Position numbers and translations under genes: made by a program. Below the pieces are notes generated by a model. The model worked only from the letters and a program-made list of their open reading frames with translations, was not told the DNA's origin and did no database searches. A stretch of 64,000 nucleotides of DNA from Bacteroidales bacterium. Lineage in GTDB: Bacteria > Bacteroidota > Bacteroidia > Bacteroidales > VadinHA17. Positions 57,376 through 64,000 of the stretch are shown here, piece by piece (the stretch's first letter is position 1; each line of letters begins with the position of its first letter). Where the stretch lies: positions 2,009 to 66,008 of the forward strand of contig JAXDBC010000074.1 in assembly GCA_034679225.1 (NCBI GenBank), written 5' to 3'.

Positions 57376-58890
57376 ATGACTTTCATACCTACAATTATCA
57401 GGCGTTTGTATGCCGGTCGCCTGAATCAGATAGATGATTTCAGGAAAAACCCTGTTGATGTCCAGCAAAAAGTCCTGTCAGATCTCCTGGCCTTTGCCTC
57501 TTCGACTGACCTGGGCAGGCAGTACGGTTTTTCCTCAATCAGCTCGGCTGCAGCTTTCCAGTCGAGGGTTCCCCTGAGCTCGTACGAGGATTATCTTCCT
57601 CTTGTAGAAAGGATGCGCGCAGGTGAAGACAATGTCACATGGCCGGGCAGTATCAGATGGTTCGCAAAATCGTCGGGGACAACCTCCACTAAAAGCAAAT
57701 TCATCCCGGTAAGCCGGGAATCACTTTATAAATGTCACTTCCAGGCTGCAAAGGATATCCTGACCATCTACTGTTCCAACTATCCCTCCACCCGAATGTT
57801 CAGCGGCAAAGCCCTTACACTTGGAGGAAGCACCCGGATCAATCAGGCTGGCAACAATTCCGTTTACGGCGACCTGTCGGCAGTGCTTCTTTCAAACTCT
57901 CCCTTCTATGCAGAACTAATAAGAACCCCTGAAAGGGAGATAGCACTTATCGAGGATTTTGAGAAGAAGCTTGAACTTATTACAAGGATTACTTCAAAAC
58001 AAAATGTTACCAGTTTCTCGGGAGTCCCTTCGTGGTATCTGACACTTATCAAGAGCGTTCTTGCCTATACCGGTAAATCCAGCCTCCTTGATGTATGGCC
58101 AAACCTCGAGGTCTTCTTCCACGGCGGGATAAGCTTCACACCCTATCGGGAAATCTACAAAAAGCTGATACCGGGCGATCAGATGCACTATATGGAAACA
58201 TATAACGCGTCGGAAGGATTCTTCGGGATCCAGGATGATCCGGGAAAAAACGATATGCTGCTGATGCTCGACTACGGTATATTCTATGAATTCATACCGG
58301 CGGGAGCAGTGGGATCCGATTCTTCTCCTGCCCTGACCCTGGGAGAAGTGAAGAAGGATGTCAATTACGCGATTGTGATCTCCACAAACGGCGGCCTCTG
58401 GAGATATCTTATCGGCGATACGGTAGTATTTACCGAAACAAATCCCTTCAGGTTCCGTATCAGCGGCCGGACAAAGCATTTCATAAATGCTTTCGGCGAG
58501 GAACTTATAGCCGAAAATGCCGAAAATGCCCTAGAGACTGCATGCCGGGAAACAGGAGCTTCAATCCTGGAATATACTGCCGGACCGGTTTTCATGGGAG
58601 AATCATCACGGGGAACACATGAATGGCTGATCGAATTCGAAAAAGAACCGGACGAACTTCAGAAATTCACCCGGATTCTAGATGATACTCTCAAATCGAT
58701 CAACTCCGACTACGAGGCCAAAAGGTACAAGGATATAAACCTTGTAATGCCTATTGTAAGAAGCGTTCCTACAGGGACTTTCACAAGATGGTTGAAGTCG
58801 CGCAACAAGCTGGGCGGACAGAATAAAGTTCCGCGACTTTCAAACACCCGTGATTTTATTGAAGAACTTTATGGTTTTTTAGTAATTTAG
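57376..58890 (+). CDS. GH3 (auxin-responsive promoter) family adenylate-forming enzyme
   Basis: FAKSSGTTSTKSKFIP (AMP-binding P-loop-like), YNASEGFFG, and an overall length near 500 aa typical of bacterial GH3-family proteins. Confidence 0.75.
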   Translation: MTFIPTIIRRLYAGRLNQIDDFRKNPVDVQQKVLSDLLAFASSTDLGRQYGFSSISSAAAFQSRVPLSSYEDYLPLVERMRAGEDNVTWPGSIRWFAKSSGTTSTKSKFIPVSRESLYKCHFQAAKDILTIYCSNYPSTRMFSGKALTLGGSTRINQAGNNSVYGDLSAVLLSNSPFYAELIRTPEREIALIEDFEKKLELITRITSKQNVTSFSGVPSWYLTLIKSVLAYTGKSSLLDVWPNLEVFFHGGISFTPYREIYKKLIPGDQMHYMETYNASEGFFGIQDDPGKNDMLLMLDYGIFYEFIPAGAVGSDSSPALTLGEVKKDVNYAIVISTNGGLWRYLIGDTVVFTETNPFRFRISGRTKHFINAFGEELIAENAENALETACRETGASILEYTAGPVFMGESSRGTHEWLIEFEKEPDELQKFTRILDDTLKSINSDYEAKRYKDINLVMPIVRSVPTGTFTRWLKSRNKLGGQNKVPRLSNTRDFIEELYGFLVI

Positions 58891-58915
58891 AGCCTGAAAA
58901 GTAAAGTCTCCGAAA

Positions 58916-59530
58916 ATGCATATAGCAATAGCAGGCAACATTGGGTCAGGAAAAACGACACTGGCAGGGCTTCTTGCCAAACATTACGGATGGATCCCTC
59001 ATTATGAAGATGTTGACGATAATCCCTATCTGAACGATTTCTATGAGGACATGCAAAGATGGTCTTTCAACCTGCAGATTTTCTTCCTCAATTCCCGTTT
59101 CAGCCAGATAATCGAGATAAGAAAATCGGAACAAAACATCGTGCAGGACAGGACTATCTATGAGGATGCCTGTATTTTCGCACCCAACCTGCATTCAATG
59201 GGACTGATGTCAACCCGCGACTTCAACAACTATACTGCCCTCTTCAACCTGATGAGCTCCCTGATCCAGCCACCCGACCTGATACTTTACCTGAGAGCCT
59301 CGGTGCCCACACTGGTAAACCAGATCCAGAAAAGGGGAAGGGAATATGAAAGCTCAATCAGACTCGACTACCTGAAAAGACTCAACGAACGATATGAAGC
59401 CTGGGTGCAATCGTACAAGCTCGGGAAAATGCTTATCATTGAAGCCGACCATTATAACTTCCCGAACAACAACGACCACCTCAGCGAGGTGATCGACAAG
59501 ATAAATGCCGAATTGCACGGCTTGTTCTGA
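58916..59530 (+). CDS. Deoxynucleoside kinase
   Basis: P-loop IAGNIGSGKTT, DRTIYED and RGREYE (lid) motifs of the dCK/dGK family. Confidence 0.85.
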   Translation: MHIAIAGNIGSGKTTLAGLLAKHYGWIPHYEDVDDNPYLNDFYEDMQRWSFNLQIFFLNSRFSQIIEIRKSEQNIVQDRTIYEDACIFAPNLHSMGLMSTRDFNNYTALFNLMSSLIQPPDLILYLRASVPTLVNQIQKRGREYESSIRLDYLKRLNERYEAWVQSYKLGKMLIIEADHYNFPNNNDHLSEVIDKINAELHGLF

Positions 59531-59776
59531 TTTCCTAAAAAGTCATCAAGGGCTCCGTGTTCCCAGCCATACCTGTAATGACTCAGAAAGACTCTACTTC
59601 CCTGGTTTTTCAATTCCAGACGGAACTGCCCGGTGCAGAAATTGATATACCTGCAGGGATGGCAAACACGATTCAGATATCAAACGATGATATGATTGAA
59701 CAAAGATGCAGTAAGAATTTGATCAGATTACAGGAAAATGTTAAATTGCCGCATAATCTCAAAAAGGAGTTAAAAT

Positions 59777-61087
59777 ATGAATTCATCACGCAGGGACTTT
59801 ATAAAAACAGCATCCGTTATTGCTGCCGGATCAGTGATTCCGGTTGATTTGCTTGCTGAAGCAAGGAAAAGAAAAGCCGGACCGAACGACAAGATCGGCA
59901 TCGGACTCATCGGAGTCAGGAGTCAGGGTTACAGTAACCTGGCATCTTTTCTGAAAAACCCGGAGGTTGAGTGTGTCGCGTTGTGCGACATCGATAAAAA
60001 TCTTCTCGACAGCCGCACGGCCGATATAGTAAAACTTGGCTTTGCCGCTCCCAGGCATTATCCCGATTACCGGAAGATGCTGGATAACAAGGATATCGAT
60101 CTGGTTATCATCGGCACCCCCGACCACTGGCACTGCCTGCAGTTTGTACATTCACTGGAGGCCGGCAAGCATATTTACGTCGAAAAACCCATAGGGAATT
60201 CCATTGCCGAAATTAATATCATGTGGAACGCCACACGGAAATATGGCAAAATGGTCCAGGTAGGGCAGTGGCAGAGAAGCCAGCCTCATTTCGTCGATGC
60301 CATAAATTACCTGAAATCCGGAAAGCTCGGAAGAATCCGTACCTGCAAGGCATGGTCGTATGTCGACTGGAAGGGCGCTGTTCCGAAAGTACCTGATGAG
60401 CCGGTTCCGGCAGGCGTCGACTACAATACATGGCTCGGACCTGCTCCCATAAGACCTTTCAACATGAACCGCTTCCATTTCACATGGAGATGGTACTGGG
60501 AATACGGCAATGGCCTGATGACCGACTGGGGCGTCCATCTGATCGATTATATACTATATGGTATGGGTAAGTCAATACCCTCGTCGGTAATGGCTATCGG
60601 AGGAAAATACGCCTTCCCCGAAGATGATATGGTAACTCCCGACACTATGACAGCCGTTTACGACTTCAATGATTTCACCATGATCTGGGAACACACCATC
60701 GGTATTGGACTTGGCAACTGGAAAAGAGCTCACGGAATGTCGTACATAGGTGAAAACGGAACCCTCGTCCTTGACCGCCAGGGATGGGAAGTTATACCCG
60801 AAAAACAGAAGATAGAAGCAGTGCCCGTTCAGAAAAATGTCGGGAACGGCCTGGACCTCCACACCCGCAATCTACTTGACTGCCTTCAGAATAACACACC
60901 AGAAAAACTGAACGCGAACATCGATATCGGAAGAAATGTGGGATTGGTAGCCCAAATGGGAAATATCGCGTTCCGGACCGGTGAGAAGGTAAGCTGGAAC
61001 GATACAACACAGAAGTTCGGAACAGAAACAGCCAATGCGCTGATAACTCCTGTTTATCATAACGGTTATAAACTTCCTTCCTATTAG
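59777..61087 (+). CDS. Tat-exported Gfo/Idh/MocA family oxidoreductase
   Basis: Twin-arginine signal SRRDFIKTASVIAAGS. Rossmann motif IGIGLIGVRSQG. EKP motif (YVEKPIG). Confidence 0.85.
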   Translation: MNSSRRDFIKTASVIAAGSVIPVDLLAEARKRKAGPNDKIGIGLIGVRSQGYSNLASFLKNPEVECVALCDIDKNLLDSRTADIVKLGFAAPRHYPDYRKMLDNKDIDLVIIGTPDHWHCLQFVHSLEAGKHIYVEKPIGNSIAEINIMWNATRKYGKMVQVGQWQRSQPHFVDAINYLKSGKLGRIRTCKAWSYVDWKGAVPKVPDEPVPAGVDYNTWLGPAPIRPFNMNRFHFTWRWYWEYGNGLMTDWGVHLIDYILYGMGKSIPSSVMAIGGKYAFPEDDMVTPDTMTAVYDFNDFTMIWEHTIGIGLGNWKRAHGMSYIGENGTLVLDRQGWEVIPEKQKIEAVPVQKNVGNGLDLHTRNLLDCLQNNTPEKLNANIDIGRNVGLVAQMGNIAFRTGEKVSWNDTTQKFGTETANALITPVYHNGYKLPSY

Positions 61088-61184
61088 AAGAATTCTATGA
61101 AACAAACAGGTCGTGCCTCATATGAAACCCCTCCTCGGAGGGGTTTGTGGTAGGTTAAAACAGTGTGTGAGCGAGAGTGGGCCT

Positions 61185-62654
61185 TTACTGACTCACTATC
61201 TTAAGCAATTTTCCAACTTCAACCTTATCGTTAAGCTCCAGGTCGTTCAGCAGTGCAAACTCAGCATGCTGAGCCTGGGGAACCCTGAAATAATTGAATG
61301 CATCAGCAACCGTACCGGCCCTGGCAACCTTAACCACTTTTATCCTCTTCGGTTGTACATTTATTTTCGAGGCTTCGGTCAGGTTCGAAAAAGTGGACAT
61401 GGCCGTGTTCATGGTCGTGGCATAGGTATTGAAATCGGCTTCGGTCGAAACTCCATGGAATACATATATCAAACTGCCGTGGCTGATAAAATAACTGAGC
61501 ACAAGGTTTGTTGACGTTGCACCGGTCGACTGGTTCTGATAAACCTGTTTTGCCTGTGTCATGATAGCCTGCAAACCGTTAACAGTCGTTCTCCTGCTTC
61601 CCGTGGGAGTCAGCCCGTATCTTGCCATGGTGGTGTCAACAGCGGCTTCAAGAGTCTTCTGATCCGACAGCATGAAAAGAATCAGGGCCTTTCCATCAGA
61701 AGGGCTCATTGTTACCTGGAGGGGTGAGTTCTCAAGCTTCCAGCCCATGGGATATCCAAATTTGAATTTCAACTCGGGATGATAGAATACATTGTTCTCG
61801 ACATAGCCCTGCCTGGGATCATCACCGTAAATAATCCCGTTAATCATCTGAAGATACTGATCCTGGTTTACTTTGTATGCCCCCAGGTTCAGCCGGGTCT
61901 GCCATTCCGCCGCCTGCCTGTTCACGTCGTTATACCTGTCGCCCGGATCGGGATGTGTCGACAGGAATGTGGGTATTCCTCCCTCACTTTCTGCAAGACT
62001 CATCTTCTTCAGCACCTTGAAGAATTCTGCCATTTTATGGGCATCATACCCAAGCTTCGATGAATACTCGACACCAAGGGCATCAGCCTGCCTTTCATCG
62101 TCGCGGCTGAAACTGAGGAACAGGAGCTCAAGCCCCTGCATGGCATACTGGGCGTACTGGGCAAACTTATCGGAGGCAATCATACCGCCGATCAGAGCAA
62201 TCTGTGCAAGCTGCTGCTTGCTCTGGGTTGCAACTGTATGCCGGGCTGTGATATGACCCATCTCATGAGCCAGAACACCTATCAGTTCAGCTTCACTGTT
62301 AAGCTGTGCAAGAATGCCACGGGTGAGATAAATATACCCGCCCGGAACGGCAAAGGCGTTGACAACAGGTGAATCCACAACCTTTACATGGTAAGCAAGA
62401 TTCGGACGATGGGATATCTTTCCCATTTCATTGCCCTTGGCCTGTACAAAAGATTGAAGATTATTATCGTTATAGACTCCAAAAGTTGCAAGAACCTGCG
62501 GATCATAAGACACTCCAAGTGCGATTTCCTGTTGTTCCGACATAAGCATTATCTGTTTCTTGCCGGTTACAGGATTGACCGCACATGATATCACCAGCAG
62601 AACTGTAGCGGTGAACAGCACCAAAACTACCGGAATACTCAGCTTTTTCATCAT
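61185..62654 (-). CDS. M48 family zinc metallopeptidase lipoprotein
   Basis: Lipobox LLVISC. HEMGHITARH (HExxH) with a downstream E (FSRDDERQAD). Extra C-terminal domain of about 230 aa. Confidence 0.85.
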   Translation of the reverse strand: MMKKLSIPVVLVLFTATVLLVISCAVNPVTGKKQIMLMSEQQEIALGVSYDPQVLATFGVYNDNNLQSFVQAKGNEMGKISHRPNLAYHVKVVDSPVVNAFAVPGGYIYLTRGILAQLNSEAELIGVLAHEMGHITARHTVATQSKQQLAQIALIGGMIASDKFAQYAQYAMQGLELLFLSFSRDDERQADALGVEYSSKLGYDAHKMAEFFKVLKKMSLAESEGGIPTFLSTHPDPGDRYNDVNRQAAEWQTRLNLGAYKVNQDQYLQMINGIIYGDDPRQGYVENNVFYHPELKFKFGYPMGWKLENSPLQVTMSPSDGKALILFMLSDQKTLEAAVDTTMARYGLTPTGSRRTTVNGLQAIMTQAKQVYQNQSTGATSTNLVLSYFISHGSLIYVFHGVSTEADFNTYATTMNTAMSTFSNLTEASKINVQPKRIKVVKVARAGTVADAFNYFRVPQAQHAEFALLNDLELNDKVEVGKLLKIVSQ

Positions 62655-62672
62655 AATATAATTTTGATTTTA
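62649..62672 (-). promoter_or_regulatory. 24-nt AT-rich leader/start block (minus strand TAAAATCAAAATTATATTATGATG), copy at the M48 peptidase start
   Basis: Identical 24-mer at 63112-63135. A 22/24 match lies at 18205-18228 (hydrolase start), and a related block TAAAATAAAAGTTATATTAAGATG lies at the 52875 start. Confidence 0.7.
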
Positions 62673-62685
62673 ATGGGATGACTCA

Positions 62686-62727
62686 GGGCACAGGGCGCAG
62701 GGCACAGAGCACAGGACGCAGGGCAAC
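62686..62727. repeat. Degenerate heptamer array (GGGCACA-type, about 6 units), the reverse complement of the 52760 array
   Basis: gggcaca gggcgca gggcaca gagcaca ggacgca gggcaac, followed by TCAAGGAGCAGACCGCATGCCGCGCG. That flank is the near-exact reverse complement of GCGGCGTGCGGTCTGCACCTTGA, which precedes the 52760 array. Confidence 0.85.
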
Positions 62728-63050
62728 TCAAGGAGCAGACCGCATGCCGCGCGCTGTTCTTTCCGCGTACCGTTCTGTTCATCTGATTTCTGTTGATTAA
62801 TGCCTGAAATTTATGATGTATTTGATTCTAAAAAAATTTAAACCAAAGATTGCAAAAAAATTGCCATTAATAAAATCAGATCCTAAAATATCGTGAGCCG
62901 CATATAAGTTAATTACAAACCGACCTTCTTCTATCTATTCACAACACTCATAAGGATTTTAACCGCTTGAGTATATCAATGTATGCCCTGGCAGCCTGAT
63001 TTGCCTGAGAATCAGGCTCAGGGGTCTGAAAAACATATCGTTTTAGGTAA

Positions 63051-63099
63051 AAAATTTATCGAATAACAATAAGCTGCTTATCGTTTATCGATAAATTTT
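63051..63099. repeat. AT-rich 49-bp palindrome (AAAATTTATCGA ... TCGATAAATTTT) with an inner palindrome ATAAGC/GCTTAT
   Basis: The arms at 63051-63062 and 63088-63099 are perfect reverse complements. Further pairing with one indel extends inward. Confidence 0.8.
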
Positions 63100-63117
63100 C
63101 GTATTTTTTTCCATCAT
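63085..63117 (-). other. 10-codon mini-ORF (MMEKNTKIYR) behind a duplicated copy of the peptidase leader
   Basis: The minus strand reads ATGATGGAAAAAAATACGAAAATTTATCGATAA. It is preceded by the identical 24-nt leader block (63112-63135), and its 3' half forms one arm of the palindrome. Coding status is unproven. Confidence 0.25.
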
Positions 63118-63250
63118 AATATAATTTTGATTTTAGAGGTATGATTTATTTAATCCCTTGTTCTTGAAAGATATCTTCAGATTAATTTCATATTTTTATA
63201 TGTTTTGAAATTTTATCAAGCCTTATAATTAACATTAAACAGATTCTGTC

Positions 63251-64000
63251 ATGAAAAAAATCCTGCCTGTCATCCTGCTTTGTGCAATTGTTGCCTTTTT
63301 GAGTGCCTGCAGCTCAAATGCCGAAAAGACCACCGTGGTCAAAACCGACATTACGGAATTCCTCGGTCAGTGGACTATCGATATTGAAAACGGATCCGTC
63401 GGCTGGATCGAAGTCCGCCAGGAAGACGGCTACCTTGATGCCGATATCCTGTGGGGAGGAGGAAGCGTGTTGCCGGTGTCATCGGTGTTTCTTGCAAAAG
63501 ATTATGTACTTACAATACAGAGATCAAATAACGTTGTGAGAAAGAGAGATGAAGAAAGAAATCCCGTAAAATCCCAAACAGTAACCAGCTGGCTCGAGAT
63601 CGTCAGGGACGGGGAAAAGATAAATGGCATCCTGTTAACCCCGGGAAGGGATGGTCTAAGTGTTGATACAACAACTTTCAGCGGGGTAAAGCTCCCGCCG
63701 GTACCATCTGCTCCTGACCTTGCCGCGGTCAAATTCGGTGAGCCGGAACAGCTATTCAACGGGAAAGACCTGACAGGATGGAAGCTTGTCAATGAAAAAC
63801 AGACTAACGGATTCACTGTTGTTGACGGGACTCTTGTCAATGATCCGGTTCAGAAGGAAGGTGAACGTGTTAGCTACGGAAACCTCCGGACCGAAAAGGA
63901 ATTCAGCGACTTCAACATAAAATATGAAGTCAATGTTCCGGCCGGCAGCAACAGCGGCGTTTATCTAAGGGGAATTTATGAAATACAGGTTGTGGATTCA
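63251..64000 (+). CDS. Lipoprotein with a DUF1080 / 3-keto-disaccharide hydrolase-like domain (3' end outside the window)
   Basis: This ORF is absent from the ORF track because it runs off the window. My own translation from ATG 63251 gives MKKILPVILLCAIVAFLSACSS.. (lipobox), then ..LFNGKDLTGWKLVN..GFTVVDGTLVN..GNLRTEKEFSDFNIKYEVNVPAGSNSGVYLRGIYEIQVVDS, the characteristic DUF1080 pattern. The frame is open through nt 64000. Confidence 0.75.
   Translation, partial: MKKILPVILLCAIVAFLSACSSNAEKTTVVKTDITEFLGQWTIDIENGSVGWIEVRQEDGYLDADILWGGGSVLPVSSVFLAKDYVLTIQRSNNVVRKRDEERNPVKSQTVTSWLEIVRDGEKINGILLTPGRDGLSVDTTTFSGVKLPPVPSAPDLAAVKFGEPEQLFNGKDLTGWKLVNEKQTNGFTVVDGTLVNDPVQKEGERVSYGNLRTEKEFSDFNIKYEVNVPAGSNSGVYLRGIYEIQVVDS

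Noticed and set aside
59557-59847. 96-aa plus-strand ORF upstream of and overlapping the oxidoreductase start
   Set aside because: It has no motifs, overlaps the Tat-signal-encoding start of a well-supported gene in another frame, and begins with a non-ATG codon in the track.
61113-62588. Plus-strand ORFs (133, 94, 127 and 66 aa) opposite the M48 peptidase
   Set aside because: They are antisense shadows. The minus-strand frame has a lipobox and HExxH.

Overview
This window reads as a chromosomal segment from a Bacteroidota-type genome. The markers are a PorP/SprF gene, a T9SS type-B C-terminal domain adhesin, a PorZ-like propeller protein with a type-A CTD, and DUF5916- and DUF3098-type proteins. 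I support about 47 protein-coding genes. Most are housekeeping: sdhCAB/frd, glyQS, nadB, queA, truB, uppP, ftsX, ilvE, recO, rdgB, dusB, pepP, dCMP deaminase and deoxynucleoside kinase. By eye I found no rRNA, tRNA, CRISPR array, transposase or integrase.

Five things deserve a second look:
1. 2542-7090 is a tightly coupled minus-strand operon that looks like a synthase-dependent exopolysaccharide secretion system with unusual parts: a receiver-only response regulator, a TPR plus beta-barrel outer-membrane protein, a SPOR-TM-HEAT membrane protein and a processive GT2 synthase. A convergent glycoside-hydrolase-like gene sits beside it.
2. A dispersed non-coding repeat family built on C-rich heptamers (CCCTGTG)n lies 30-45 nt upstream of three unrelated genes, always in the same orientation relative to the gene. 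It is joined to a shared AT-rich leader, and the opposite strand has G-quadruplex potential.
3. Two paralogous class III cyclase + HD-domain proteins show reciprocal active-site degeneracy and flank the rdgB and PorZ-like genes.
4. 29411-37488 is a glycan-assembly operon directly behind glyQS: two GT-B glycosyltransferases, two methyltransferase-like proteins, a Wzx-like flippase and a YfhO/GT-C-like protein.
5. A 2223-aa T9SS adhesin contains near-identical 270-bp tandem repeats and is paired with PorP/SprF.

All functional calls come from motif recognition in the supplied translations. No database search was run.
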